NCBI RefSeq assembly: GCF_009914755.1
Contig: NC_060926.1
DNA: 64,000 bases
Reading direction: 5' to 3' (one strand)
Source of the DNA: the human T2T-CHM13v2.0 reference genome, Homo sapiens
The notes beneath the pieces are model-generated. The model did no database searches. It had not been told where the DNA came from and saw nothing but the letters and a program-made list of their open reading frames with translations. This document shows positions 1-20,356 of the stretch, one piece after another. Numbering within the stretch: the stretch's first letter is position 1; every line of letters begins with the position of its first letter. A program made the position numbers and the translations under genes.

Positions 1-772
<772 letters not shown>

Positions 773-787
773 TTAAAAACAACCAAA

Positions 788-1345
788 TGTCTGTTATAAT
801 AGCTATCCACTGCTGCATCACAAATTACCCAAAAAGTAAAGGGAAACAACGTTTATTATCTCAGTTTCTGCGGGTCAAAAATCTCATCAAAAAAGCAGCA
901 GTATCTTCTCTCATAAGGTTCCAGTAAACGTGCTGATTGGATTTGGAGATCATCTCAAGGCTCTGCTTGGAGAAGGATTTACTTCCAAGTCTACTTACAT
1001 GGCTGTTGGAAAGACTCAATTTTTCACAGACTGTTAGACTGATGGCCTGAGTTCTTCACTGACTGTTGGCCAGAGGTCTTCAGCTCCTTGACATGTGGAC
1101 CCCATGACAGCTTGCTTTATCACAACAAGCAGGCCAGAAGAACCACAGAGAAGAAGAGACATGGAAGTCAAATGTTTTATATCCAAATCTTGGAAGTGAC
1201 ACGCCATGGCGTTTGCCATATTCTATTTATTAGAAAAGAGTTGCTAGGTTGAACCCATCCTCATAGGGAGGAGATTACACAAGGATGTGAATGAATACCA
1301 GGAGGTGAGGATCACTGGAAGCCATGAAAGAGGATACCTATTGCA
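788..1345 (-). mobile_element. MaLR LTR (MLT1-like)
   Basis: TGCTGCATCACAAATTACCC...TTTATTATCTCAGTTTCTGCGGGTCA...ACACAAGGATGTGAAT...ACCAGGAGGTGAGGATCA. Confidence 0.65.
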
Positions 1346-1562
1346 TCTGTCAGCAAGAAAATGGATTTTAAAAGTGTAATATTTTTATACAATGGAATCA
1401 GTTTTAAAAAAAAAAAAAAGCCACCAATACCCACAGCAACATAGATTAACCTCAAAAAATTTTACTCAATTATGTTGAGCAAAATATGAATTTCCAAAAC
1501 AGGCAAAATTAATCTGCAATAACAGAAATCGGAACATTGCTTAACTCTGAGGGTTTGAAAGA

Positions 1563-2177
1563 TGTCTTAATTTGTTTGTACTGTTGTAATAGAATACCGC
1601 AGACTGAGTAATTTATAATGAACAGAAACTTATTGGCTCACAGTTCTGGGGGCTCAGAAGTCCAATATCAAGGTGCCAACATCTGGCAAGGACCTTCTTG
1701 CTGCATCATCACATGACGGAAGAGCAAAAGGGCAAGAGAGGGAGAGAGTGCAAGACAGCATCAATCCATTCGTGTCTTAATCACCTCTTAAAGGTCCCAC
1801 TTCTTAATACTGTTACAAGAGCAGGTACTTTTTTCTTTTTTGAGACAGAGTCTCACACTGTCACCTGGGCTGGTGTACAGTGGCACCATCTCGGCTCACT
1901 GCAATCTCCACCTCGTGGATTCATGTGATTCTTGGGCCTCAGCCTCCTGAGTAGCCATAATTACAGGCATGCGCCACCATGCCCAGCTAATTTTTTGTAT
2001 TTTTAGTAGAGACTGGGTTTCACTATGTTGGCCTGGTTAGTCTCGAAATCCTGACCTCGTGATCCGCCCACCTCGGCCTCTCAAAGTGCTGGGATTACAA
2101 ACATGAGCCACCGCACCCAGCCGGGCAAGTACATTTCTACATGAGTTTTGGAGGGAGCAAATATTCAAACCATAGCA
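1563..2177 (-). mobile_element. MaLR LTR (MST/MLT1A-like) interrupted by an antisense Alu (about 1827-2124)
   Basis: TGTCTTAA...GTAATTTATAATGAACAGAAACTTATTGGCTCACAGTTCTGG...TTCAAACCATAGCA with an Alu in the middle. Confidence 0.75.
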
Positions 2178-3180
2178 AAGAATATTGCCTGGGAAGAAGC
2201 ATGAGGAAAAGTTCTTAGGTGCTATAAGTATTCTGTCTTATTTTGTCTAAACTCATTGAACTGAACATGTAATGTTTGTGCATTTTATTGTATGTAAACT
2301 ATATGCCCATAAATATAATAATAAAGAAAAATAAAAATAGATATTTAAAGAGTAATCTGGTTTTATTTCTTAAAAATAAAAGTAATATCAACATTCTGAA
2401 CTTTTTTGGTCAATGTTAAATAAAACATATCAGCCTAATATCATCTTCTCCCAACACAAGAATCTAGACACGGTGAAGGAATAAATGAGAAAGACACTGA
2501 ATCACCAGAAAACAACTATTAAAAATGGAATCAGTTTGCATGACATAATGTCTGACTAAAATATAGAAATAGAAGAAAGGCATCCCATTTTTCACTAATA
2601 ATAAAATAAACCTAAGATTAGTCAACTACCAAGTATTACATGATGCTATTTTTCTCCAACCTTTTCTTATTTAAAAAAAAATCAAAGTACATGGTACACA
2701 GAAGCTCTTTGTAGAAAAGATGCCAAAAGCAGGAAGAGAATTTTTTATTCTCTAAATCTTAAAGGAATAATGTTTTATTCTTTTGTTTTTGTTTTATTTT
2801 AAAATTCTTAAATATTTATTATTAACCATTTTTCTTTTCTTTCTTCCTTTTTCATCCTTCCTCTTTATCACTTTACCACATGTCATAATTCTTGACTTCC
2901 TCAACATAAAATATTGTTTATTAATTAAAATATTTACTTGGTGGAAGAAAAACAACATGAACAAATAAAAAGCAATAGGAGAGGGTTGTACAAAATAGAA
3001 GTTATAGTTAATGTCTCTCTTACACAGCATTCCAAGCACAAGGGAGCGGCAGTTTCACAGTGTCAAGAATCCAGATTTTTCTGTCTTGCTCTGTAGTGTT
3101 ATCTCTAGGGTTGCTATTCAAGATTGTTTTCTATCTTGTTGCTTTATATTCCAGATCACAGAATTGGCAAGAAATTAGTC

Positions 3181-3348
3181 ACATATACCTAATGCATGCA
3201 GGGTTTAAAACCTAGATGACAGGTTGATAGATGCAGCAAACCACCATGGCATATGTATACCTATGTAATAAGTACCTATATAAAAAACCGGCACATTCTG
3301 CACATGTATCCCGGAACTTAAAGTAAAATGAAAAAAAAAAAAGAAAGA
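3181..3348 (+). mobile_element. 5'-truncated L1PA 3' end with poly-A and TSD
   Basis: CAGCAAACCACCATGGCA..TGTATACCTATGTAA..GCACATGTATCCCGGAACTTAAAGTAAAA; TSD AAGAAATTAGTC at 3169-3180 and 3349-3360. Confidence 0.9.
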
Positions 3349-3594
3349 AAGAAATTAGTCCCATAGACACCCCTAGATTTGGCTGTGAAATCTACCACTT
3401 GGCAAGCCTTGTATACAGAGATATGGTCCTTAAGCAGGCAGTCTTAGGCCCATGTGAAAATTCCTACTAAAGAAGAATAGAACATACAGTGGACAGTGCT
3501 GGCATTATTTTCTTACTCCCTGAGTACGCGGATACTCCATAAGACTTACCCTTTGGAAGCAACCACCGTTTATATTAGAATGCAAGAAGTTTGC

Positions 3595-4717
<1,123 letters not shown>

Positions 4718-5480
4718 TTAGCAGACTAGCGGAAGCTGAAACTAAATGATTGCAGTAGGGGTGAGGATGAGGGATGCCAAGAAGCACATAGATTGGGCTA
4801 CCAAGTCCTTCAAAGGCCCAGAAATTAGAGCCACAAGTTGTCTCTGAATATGGGAAGCAGATGAGGCTAAAATCGGGAGGACTGGCTGATGTCTTGCATA
4901 AAAGCAGTTCAACCAGTACATCTCCTCATAACCTGCACAGCCAGGCAACTGACCCTCCTTCTTCTGCAGAAGGCTTGACATTATTTTCAGGGGAGGTTAA
5001 ACCAGAAAAATCTCTAGACTCAAGGATAGCAGGTATGCAGGCATGATTGAGGTAACTTACTGGCAACACAGAGATCAAGTACAAATCTGCATTCTGAACA
5101 ATGAGACTTACCAACCTCAGCACCCAGATCATTCCATCACCACCATCCTGAGATGAAAGTGGAGGATTCCTTTCTGGAGAGAGTGACCAGCCCCAGAAAA
5201 GAAGGCCAACAGCTACTGCCCAGAAAAAAAAAAAAAACAGATACCTGAACAATCACTCTGCTATAAACTCCCTACTTGTCAGACCTCATACATACAGAGC
5301 TTCCAGTTGTCAAGGATCATCCAACATTTGATAAAAGCTTCTTGCTTGGAAGAGGGAGATAAACAAATATGTGGGTGCACAATAACGCAAGGAACAGATG
5401 AATATGTTTTTAAAACTTATAATTAATATTCTAACAAGGATAAGAGAATATATATAGCATTTAAGAACAAAGGAACAAGA

Positions 5481-5540
5481 AACTATTAAACTGGAGGCTG
5501 AATATTAACTATTAAACTGGAAACTATTAAACTGGAGGCT
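5481..5540. repeat. Short imperfect triplication of AACTATTAAACTGG
   Basis: Motif present three times within 60 bp. Confidence 0.85.
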
Positions 5541-5560
5541 CAAAAAAAAAGAAGAAAGAA

Positions 5561-5600
5561 AAGGAAGGAAGGAAGGAAGGAAGGAAGGAAGGAAGGAAGG
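5561..5600. repeat. (GGAA)n microsatellite
   Basis: About 9 consecutive GGAA units after an A-rich tract. Confidence 0.95.
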
Positions 5601-6479
5601 GATCCAAAAAGCTTCCAGAGAAAGAGACAAAAAAATAGGTCACATACAAAATATTACAGACCATAAAGACAACAGTCTTTTCAATGAAATTGGATGTTGG
5701 AATAAGCTTTTACAGTTTTAAGGAAAAATGATTAACAATATAGAATTGTATTCTCATGCAAACCAATCAAGTTCAAATATTGAATGCAGTTTTATAATTC
5801 TGTAAACAGTTTGGAGCTGAATTAGGAACAAGTGCATAGAAAACTAAGTAAATAGGAGGGAAAAGGCAATTATCACTTCCAGAGAAAAACAAAGACTTGT
5901 GCAAGAATTAATATTTAATCATAGTACACTCGGCTAAGAATAATATTTGCATAGTCATGATAATATAAGCACTTAATATTCTTTACATTTCTGATAGAAC
6001 CATATTGGGAGGATGGGAGTAGGAAAGTATAGAGATGGTAGGCAGGAGATAAGAGAGCTAAATCCTCATCTTTTATGATACACAAAATAGTTGAAAATGA
6101 ATGGTGTCTAAAATGAAAAAATAAGAAATAGCACTATAAGCATATTATTATAGAAAAACAGAGCCAAATACCTGAAGAAACTTCTGAAATAATGTAAAAT
6201 GTTTGACTTTGAAAGTGGAAATTATGAGGCAGCAGTTGAGAAGTCTAGCAAGTTACCATATTTTCAGTCTTCTAGAACTATCTGACTTTTTAAACTCTGA
6301 TAAGTATAAAAATTAAATTTTAAAAAGCCAAGGCTGTTTAAAAAGGTGTTTCCTTTCTAAGAAGGAACATTTTTTGATATAGAGTTGACTTGAAGATATC
6401 TACCATAATTTTTTAATTATTGATTTTTCTGTTAGGTATTAAACGAAATTCCTAAGCCTCTTTGTGCCTGTTGTTTTTT

Positions 6480-7915
6480 GTTCTTTAATTAAACTTTTAA
6501 ATTTTGAAATAATTATAGATTCACATGCAATTGAAAGAAATTGTTCTGAGTTCCTATGTGCCCTTTACCCAGTTTCCTCAATGGTAACACTTCACCACAA
6601 GGATCCTTGCCAGACTGTTTTTCAGAGTGACTTCACCATTTGACATTCTCATCACCAGTGGATGAAGTTTCCAACTTCTCCATATTCTCACCAGCACTTG
6701 TTATTATCTGATTTTTTATTCTATCAATCCTAGTGGGCATGAACTACTTTTGATTTGCATTTCCCTGATGACCAATGGTGTTGAGTATCTTTTCACACAC
6801 TCATTGACCATCTGAATATCTTCTTTGTAGAAATGTCTATTCAGATCCTGTGCCAATTTTTCAATTTTTATTATGAGTCCTTTATATTCTGGATACTAGA
6901 CCCTTATCAGATACATGGTTTGTAAGTTTTTTCTCCCATTCTAAGAACTGTCTTTTGCCTCTTTAGTTTAGGAAACTGCCAAACTGTTTTTTTAGAATTG
7001 ACTAACCATTTGATACTCCCTCCAGCAGTATATGAGTGATTCAGTTTATCCGCATTCTCATCTGCATTTGTTATTGTCATTGTTTTTAATTTTAGCCCTT
7101 CTGATAGTGATATCTCATCATGATTTTAATTTTGCATTTCTCTAATGGCTAATGATGTTGAATATCTTTTCATTTGCTGTCTGTACACCTCTTTAGTGTA
7201 TACAGTCTATGGGTTTTGCCCATTTTCTGATTGGATTGTTTGTTATTTTGCTGTTGCATTTTGAGTATTCTTTATGTATTCCAGATACTAGTCCTTTGTT
7301 AACTATATGGATTTCAAAGCTTTCTCCTAGTCTGTAGCTTGTCTTTTCATCCTGTTAACAGGATCTTTCAGAGAGCAAAGGTTTTAAAACTTTCGATGAG
7401 GTCCAATTTATTAATTTTTCCCTTTATGAATAGTGTTTTTGGTACCATCTAAGCACTCTTTACCTAGCCATAGATCCTTAATATTTTCTTCTTTTTTCCC
7501 TAACTTCTATAATTTTACATTTTACCTTTGAGTTCATAATCTGTTTTGAGTTAATGTTTGAATAAGGTGTGAGGTTTAGGTCCTGACTCATTTTTTTGCT
7601 TATGGATGCCTAATTTTTCCAGCATCATTTGTTGAATGTCTGTTCCTCCTGAAATGTTTCACCTGTGTCAAAAATTAGTTGAGCATATTTGTGTGGATCT
7701 ATTTCTGGATTTTAAAATCTATTCTATTGATCTGTGTCTATCCCTCTGCCAGGACACATTGTCTTCATTACTATCGCCATATAGTATGCCTTAATATCAG
7801 GTAGAGTGATTCTTCTTTCTCTGTTCTTTCAAGATTGTGCTGCCTATTTTAGAACTCGTGCCTTTCCATATCAATGTTAGCATAAACTTGCGTAGGTCTA
7901 CAAACACTCTAATTT
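6480..7915 (-). mobile_element. Old L1M fragments (ORF2 3' region/3'UTR), antisense
   Basis: TTTGCATTTCCCTGATG..GTTGAGTATCTTTTCA..TCTGGATACTAGACCCTTATCAGATA..CCAGCATCATTTGTTGAA. Confidence 0.8.
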
Positions 7916-8317
7916 TTAAATTAATTAAAATGTATATAATGGCTGTACACAGTGGCTTATGCCTGTAATCCTAGCACTTTTGGAGGCTGATGTAGGAGGA
8001 TCGTGCCACTGTACTCTGGCCTGGGCAACAGAATGAGACCCTATCTCTTAAAAAAAAAAAAAAAGTATAACATTTAAAAGAGCTATCTAGCGAATATAAC
8101 TTCAGTAATTTATTTGTCTTTTTAAATTATTTTTGAGATATACAGTATAAGTCAGTTTAATGCACGTGATTGGCATTGATATACTTCTTGGCAAGCAACT
8201 TAAAAAGTTCAGCAAGTCAGTAAGTATTTATATTGCTTCAGATAAGTCAATTAAGGCAAAATGGAGGTGAAATTGTCATTTGCTTTTAAAGTTCTGCATA
8301 TCATGAAAGTGTTTTAT

Positions 8318-8962
<645 letters not shown>

Positions 8963-10761
8963 CTACTAGAAAAGTCAACAAATAGTATGAGCAGGTAATT
9001 TCACAACAAAGGTATAAAGGAAGATGCTGGAACTCCCTAGTAAGCATAGAAATGCAAATTAAAACCACAGGAGACTATTTGATGGGGGGCAGGATCTTTG
9101 AAAATGTTAAACATGCACAGCTTTAACCTACAACTCTACTTCTAGGAATAATTTACTATACCAAAACACTTATGTGCATATAGGCATTTAATATATAACA
9201 CAGAATATCCATGTTAGCGTTGTTTATAATAGAGAAAAAAATGCAAACGACTTAAGTTCAGAAATATGGTACTCACCAAGTTAATTGTGGTTAAGTCATA
9301 TTATATAATACAGTATAGTCTTTTAAAAAATGAAGGGAGTCTTACATGTATTGATTTGAAAAGATCTCTAAAATATATTGGATAAATAAAAAAGCATGCC
9401 TCAAAGTAACATGATTAAGACTAAAAATATGTAAAAAGGCACATCTACAAATGTGTGTGTAGATATGTAGAAAGAAAAAGTAACAGCCAGGTCTGGAAGG
9501 ACACACAAATCTAACTGTTAACAGAGGTTATCTATGGTGAGGGAATGAGATTGGGGGTAGATTGGGGAGAGTGAGGATTAAAAAAGAGGCTTTTTCAAGT
9601 TTTACTTTAAATATATCTGTGCTGTTTTAAAATTATTTTTACAATAAGATTTTTTCATTTATTTCTTTTGTACTTAAAATATCTTAAGGTGTGTGTGTGT
9701 GTCAGATTAGATTGCTGTCAATCGAGTAACTGTTACTATTACTCCGTAAATCAAATTGAACTCATTTGATTTAACTGAGTATATAAGAGTGACATAATAT
9801 TGGTAGCCCAAAAATCAATTGAATTTCCCATTTAATTTATTGAACTATTTTAGATTGGTGCTATTTATGAGGGATTCCTCCCAAATATTACTAAACAACT
9901 CCCTTGGCATTTCAGACAAGGCAAATCTGGTCCTCATTAGTGAGTCATTCTCTTTGGCTCTGGTAAAACAAACATGGGATTTCAGAGGCACAGAAGTGGG
10001 CCATTGACATCCTCTTAGATTGTAAGAAAAAAAATTGTGAAAGTCCACCATTGTTTTCATAGGCAGGGAATACTGGCAATCCATTCCTAAAGGGGCAAGT
10101 ATTTTAAATTTATTTACTGAAGGCCTGGTGGATTCGTTTCTCTTCCATCCCAGCCTCCCAGCCTCCTGTGGCACTTGCACATTCATTTCCTGTGGTTGCA
10201 GTGTTTTTATCAGGGCTTTTGTTTGCAACTGAAACATGGCTTGCTATCTTAAGTAAAAGAGAAATTTATTAGAAGGTCATCAAGGCTGACTAAATTAATG
10301 AGTGGCCAGATGAGCAGGCTTGAAAACTGAGAATAATCTCAGGGAGGACTGTGTGACCAGGTCAAACAACAGAAACCCAGGCAACTGTCCTCCAACAGGA
10401 CAACAAGGCCTCTGCCTCTGTGACAGATAGGGCCTCCATCTGTTCCCACGGCCTTCTATCCGTGAATGAAAAAGTGCAGGAGAGAATGTCCAATAGGATG
10501 ATCCAAGGCCACATGTCCCCTGAATCTGCCAAGGCCAAGGTGGCTACTACCTCCTCCTGAGAACATATGTATTGAGAGATTTTTCAAAAGACAGAAGAAG
10601 GTGCTAAAACAAAATGCCACGGTTTCATGGTGGCCGTGGCCAAGGGCAAAAATTACCTGGCCCTAATAGGGACATATTAAGTTGTTAAAATGGTGCTCTA
10701 ACAATACTTAGAGCACAGTTCTTGAGTCACCCTTGCTTTTTTCATAAGATTGCTCATTTCT

Positions 10762-11101
<340 letters not shown>

Positions 11102-11279
11102 TTACCAGTCGCAACAAATTATCAAGTGGTCTTGTTTCATTAGCGATCAATAAACAGCCAAATATTGGGGAAGCAAGTGCTTTAAAGTATATAGAAGGCA
11201 AAGAACCGGCTATTATAGATTACTCTTTTCAGCTGTGAGAAGTTATAATCAGCTTTAAGTAGGTAAAGATGGTGAATTT

Positions 11280-12740
11280 AACAAAAGCATCAATATTCTC
11301 TCCATCCTAAAATCCTGCTAAAATGACACTAAAAGGTTATATTTTTTAAAAATCTCTAATATAAAGATTTTGGAAGCTAGAAAGCATATGAGAGGGGCAA
11401 CTACCTTAGCAGTAAAGATAGTTAAATCCTATTCCAGTAGTGAGGCATTCTAAGAACATTAACTGGTTTATATTATAGAGAAAAAGAAAAAAGCCTCAGG
11501 AATTGGTAGTGCCATATACTTAGAAAAGTCGAAAAAATGTGAAGGTTGGTTGAAAGTCTGTTGTGAAATCATCATAACTCCCAGATCCATGCCCCAACCC
11601 TGATCAGCTTGGCCACCGCCCTTCTCCTTTCCCTGTGGAAGACTGGAGGGTCTTCGTCCTTGAAGGCAGTAAAATAGAGGGTCTCTGGACAGGGCAAAAT
11701 CAGTTACAATGGAGAATAAATGTGATATACTAAAAACAGAATGATTAAGCGAATATTTGCATAATGAATGATGAGACCCTGGCGTTCGTCCCCCACACCA
11801 CTCCTGCAACCTGACAGCCAGGACCAGTCCAAGGGTTCAGACCCAAAGATACTGACATTGAGGGTTTTTCAACAATATAGCCCAGCCAGATCACCCTAGA
11901 ATGAATGTCATAGTCAAGAAGACTCACCTGTGCACTCAGGACACTATTCATTATTTTACTCCCAATTCTTAAATATGAGCAAACACTCATGGGTTATCAG
12001 AATTGCAGAAACATTTAATATAAAAAATGATGAAAACAAAAGAACAAAAGGAGTTTGGAGGAAACAGAGTCTAAGAAGGAAGAAGTAAACTTCAAAAACC
12101 AACATAACCACTATCCTTATATAGTCAAAAGGAGATATTACACTCATGAAAGAAAAATATCTACTTTTAAATGGCTTATTCAAGGAGCAGAAAACAGATC
12201 TGGGAAATAAAAGAAGGGTGATGGCAGAAATGAAAAACTCAATAGAAGCATTGGAAGATAAAGTTAGGCAAACCTCTCAGAAAGTAAATAAAAAAGACAA
12301 AAAGTATAAAAGAACAGTGAAAAGATCTGGAAAACTAGAGGGTAAAACTAGAAGTTCCAACATCTATTATATAGAAACATGAATCCTAGAAACAGAAAAC
12401 TTGGAAAAAAAGAAAGGAGAAAATCAGTAGCAAAATCATCATGAAAAATTCCCAGTACTCAAGGACATATGCATTCAGATTTTAAGAACTCATTGTCCAA
12501 CACAGTGGTAGAAAAAGTCTTTCAAAAAGATGCAACTTTGTGGCATTTCAGAACACCAGAGACAAAAAGATTTTTACAAGATTTTAGGGTTGGGGAGACA
12601 GAAATTCAGGCATCAAAATATCGACTTTTCAACAGCAATACCGGAAGTCAGAAGCAATAAGCAATGTCATTAAAATTCTGAGAGGGGTTATTTCTAACTA
12701 AGAATTCTACATTCAGCCAAACTATCAATCAAGCATATCT
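11280..12740 (+). mobile_element. Degraded ancient L1M 5'/ORF1-like region
   Basis: A-rich; residual translation MAEMKNSIEALEDKVRQTSQK resembles the L1 ORF1 coiled coil. Confidence 0.55.
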
Positions 12741-13246
12741 GCCAGGATCCTGGCAGAAAAGAGATGGAGCACTCCAGGAGGATAACAGAGGAGGCTTAAT
12801 AAAGACACTGGTTATAAAGATTTGGGCAGAACACCATTACCACTCCCAGGCAGGAAGGGAGAAATGATTTATCAGCACCCAGATGGTAGCTGTATGTAGG
12901 CGGCCACAGGGGCTCCATGCTCTAGCAGGGATGCAGACAACTGCCTCAATCTGGCAGGAAGGGGGTCAGGAAACACATATCCCAACCTGACCCTCCTCCT
13001 TCCTTCCTCCAATCTCATGCCAGTGCCTCCCATCAGCCATACACTCCTGAAGGTCAGATGGCAAGTGACCCTGATGATGCTGTCTACAAATCTCAGCCTC
13101 CCAGGAAACCAAGTAGGGTGGAGAAGGTAGAAATCATTATAAAGACTAAATTTGTTAAAATGTGTAAAGCCTTGGCCAGGCACGGTGGCTCACGCCTGTA
13201 ATCCCAGCACTTTGGGAAGCTAAGATGGGCAGATCACCTGAGGTCA

Positions 13247-13459
<213 letters not shown>

Positions 13460-13969
13460 TCAAATTTTCTCCAGATTTATTAGCAAACACGTCATTTGGA
13501 ATAAATTTTTATTGGACTTACTAGTAGTGATGTGTAATTCAGAAGTAGTGTGACTGGGCAGAAATAACTATTAAGAAATGGCTCAGCACTACAATTTTCC
13601 AGGAACATATTATAGCTTTAATACTATATTCTGATGAAATAATCATATTACCACAGTGCAATATTTTGCAAGATAAGTACACTACCATATAATCCCCAGA
13701 GTGACAAATAGGAAGGAGTAATAGGTTGGGGGGAGGTCAGCCACATCATAATAATAGAATTGAACTGAACTCAAAACATGGTCAGTTTAAAACACAAACA
13801 GTCATTACTATACAAATCATATTGTTTAATGTTTCATCACAAAAGTAATCAAAGAGATGTAAGTTGTTAGCAAAGAGTTTTAGAATTATGCTATCCAATG
13901 TTTGTTGGAGTGGAGGAGAAAAGGTACTCAACTAGAGGGCAAGTTGTCCTTATGTATTAAAAGTGCTTA

Positions 13970-14131
<162 letters not shown>

Positions 14132-15323
14132 TCACCTCACAGCCAATGTTGGGGAGACGGATATGCAAAAAGATACACTACGCATAGTAGAGATATGTCC
14201 TTTGTGCTATGGGAACACAGAGAAGGAAATGATTCAAGTGATTAATTGCTCAAGAGAAGCAAAGAACACTTCACAAAGGAGATGGTATTTGGATAGAACT
14301 TTGGAAAAGCAGTAAAAGTTCGCTTGACAGTAAAATTTCAGCCATAGTCCCAATACTCCTATAGTGAGACTTTTGATGTGGCTGGAGGGGTGGGAGATAG
14401 TATCTAGAGAGAGGGACAGTATTTGAAAACCAATTGACAATGATGAGAAAAACATTTGCTTTTTAGTTAGATGAACATTACTTTTAAAAATCATATTGTA
14501 GAGAAAAGCTAAGCCATGTATATCTGCAGCACTTCTTCCCCCAACCACCAAAAACCTCTAATCTGGAAAAATAAGATAAAATAAGTCTGACATAGAGAAA
14601 TATTCAGGAAGCTAAGGAGGAATTTGTCCCACAGAAAAAGGCAGCCAGGTTAGCAAGGGGTGGGTGAGACAGTCAGGGGCAAGTAGCCTGAGACGCCACA
14701 CAACATATAATTATATTAAGTATTTCAACAGTACGATAACTATATTTATTTTCATAATAATTAGTTGTGTTGAATCTTTCGAGAAAAAATTTGATCTTAA
14801 TAGAGAAGTAATATTTACCATTTTTACAAATAAACTTCTATAACCATTCATCTACAAGCACACCAAGAAGAGTGACAGAAATGAGGCAAATTTGGGATGG
14901 ATTTTTAAATACCCAGCAAGATGTGAATGCAGCAGATTGTTGGCAGTAATTCGTATTAACGAAGCGGAAGAAGAACAGCAGTGTTTGCTTGCATTCTGAG
15001 TCTCCTCTCTTCCTCTTCCCTGGTGTAAAGTGACTTTCTCTCTCCTCCCTCAAAAATCTCTTCTTCCATCTCTTCTCATTTGAGAAGTTCCCTGACATCG
15101 AAAGAACCAGCCCGCGCTCAGAGCAGAGAGATCTTCACATCCTGCTGTGCACCTTTTTCTGACCTGCTGGGAGGGACAAAACCGAGAAAGGAAAGGAAGA
15201 GAGGAAATTCCACTTGGAAAATCCTAAAAGCATCACTGTCTCCTGGAATGTTTTTCTGTTTCAGAAAACTGTGTGCCTCTGTGCACACAGGCACTCAGGC
15301 AGCCTGTGTGCATGTGCACATGC

Positions 15324-15324
<1 letters not shown>

Positions 15325-15362
<38 letters not shown>
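15325..15362. repeat. (TG)19 microsatellite
   Basis: Uninterrupted TG run. Confidence 0.95.
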
Positions 15363-15363
<1 letters not shown>

Positions 15364-16022
15364 CAGAGAGAGTGTTGAAAGTTATTCAGCTGCCAATTGG
15401 TTTGCAATTCCACTGCCATTGATACTGCTCTTTTGGTAAGATGGAGAGAAATGAGGATAATGACGACTGAAATGGAAGACCTTTTTTTAAATGGATTTAT
15501 GTTTTATTCTAACTTGCGAATGAAATATTCCAGACCAGTTGTGGTGTACTCAAAACTAATTTTCCAAAATTAAAAATATTATCTGTATTATGATAATCCA
15601 ATTAAATACTTGATGAGGACTTCTTTGAGAAATGCACGATAAAGTCACAAGGGAATGAGTTTTCATTGAGTGCCGACTGTGCATCAGGTATCGCAAGCCC
15701 TTTTCATAGATTAGCTTCCTTAAATCTCAGAGGAGCACTGCAAAGCATATATGTACCCACATCTTACAGACAAGTAAACTGAAGTTCAGCGAGAAAGTAA
15801 TATGCTTAAGGTCACAAAGGTAATTCACCTGAATTCAAATCTGCGTTCTTCCTAGTACCAGGCTGTATGGTTCTTACAAATTACCATTCTGATGCTGATT
15901 GGTATGCTCCTTAGGTTGCAGGTGCTATTTTTTAAGCCACACCTATACATTCAGTGAAATAACTGCTATGTTTGTGGCGTGCCTTTTCCAGAACAGGAGT
16001 GTTTTCAAAGAATACATTTGTT

Positions 16023-16684
<662 letters not shown>

Positions 16685-16693
16685 CTGACCTCA

Positions 16694-17790
16694 TTTTTAT
16701 TTTATTTTATTTTTCCATAAGCTATTGGGGTACAGGTGGTATTTGGTTACATGAGTAAGTTCTTTAGTAGTGATCTGTGAGATTTTGGTGCACCCATCAT
16801 CCAAGCAGTATACACTGCACCACATGTGTTGTATTTTATCCCTAGCCCGCTTCCCACTCTTCCCCCCAAGTCCCCAAAGTCCATTGCATCGTTTTTATGC
16901 CTTTGCATCCTCATAGCTTAGCTCCCGTATATCGATGAGAACATACGATGTTTGGTTTTCCATTCCTGAGTTACTTCACTTACAATAATAGTCTCCCATC
17001 TCATCCAGGCCATTGGAAATGCTGTTAATTCATTCCTTTTTATGGCTGAGTAGTATTCCATCATATATATATATAACACAGATTTTTTTATCCACTCATT
17101 GATTGATGGGCTTTTGGGTTGGTTCCACATTTTTGCAACTGGGAATTGTTCTGCTGTAAACATGCATTTGCAAGTATCTTTTTCAAATAATGACTTCTCT
17201 TCCTCTGGGTAGATACCCAGTAGTGGGATTGTTGGATCAAATCGTAGTTTTACTTTTAGTTCTTTAGGGGATCTCCACACTGTTTTCTATAGTGGTTGTA
17301 CCAGTTTATATTCCCACCAGCAATGTAGAAGTGTTCCCTGATCACCTCATCCATGTGAACATCTACTGTTTTTTTGATTTTTTGATTATGGCCATTCTTG
17401 CAGGAGTAAGGTAGTATCACATTGTGGTTTTGATCTGCACTTCCCTGATCATTTATGATGTTGAGCATTTTTTCATATGTTTGTTGGCCATTTGTATATC
17501 TTCTTTTGAGAATTGTCTATTCATGTCCTTAGCCCACTTTTTGATGGGATTGTTTGTTTTATTCTTACTGATTTGTTTGAGTTCGTTGTAGATTCTGGTT
17601 ATTAGTCCTTTGTCAGATGTATAGATTGTGAAGATTTTCTCCCACTCTGTGGGTTGTCTGTTTAATCTGCTGACTGTTCCTTTTGCTGTGCAAATGCTCT
17701 TTAGGTTAATTAGGTCCCAGCTATTTATCTTTGTTTTTATTGCATTTGCTTTTGGGTTTTTGGTCATGAAATCCTTGTCTAAGCCAATGC
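16694..17790 (-). mobile_element. 5'-truncated L1 (L1PB-like): ORF2 C-terminus and 3'UTR, frameshifted
   Basis: Minus-strand ORFs [22 protein letters not shown]..., [12 protein letters not shown]..., MEYYSAIKRNE are L1 ORF2 pieces; T-rich tail at 16694. Confidence 0.93.
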
Positions 17791-17861
17791 CTGACCTCAC
17801 TTTTGACTCAGAAAATATTGTTATCATAAGAATGAACTCTTCTTAAGATAGTCTAAGATAA

Positions 17862-20356
<2,495 letters not shown>

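Noticed and set aside
14838-15439. ORFs 14838..15098 (-) and 15080..15439 (+) in unique sequence
   Set aside because: No recognisable domain, non-ATG starts, and one reads through a TG microsatellite; the region is better explained as regulatory.
16918-17827. Three overlapping minus-strand ORFs resembling a protein
   Set aside because: Frameshifted C-terminal pieces of L1 ORF2 in a 5'-truncated dead copy lacking the EN and RT domains.
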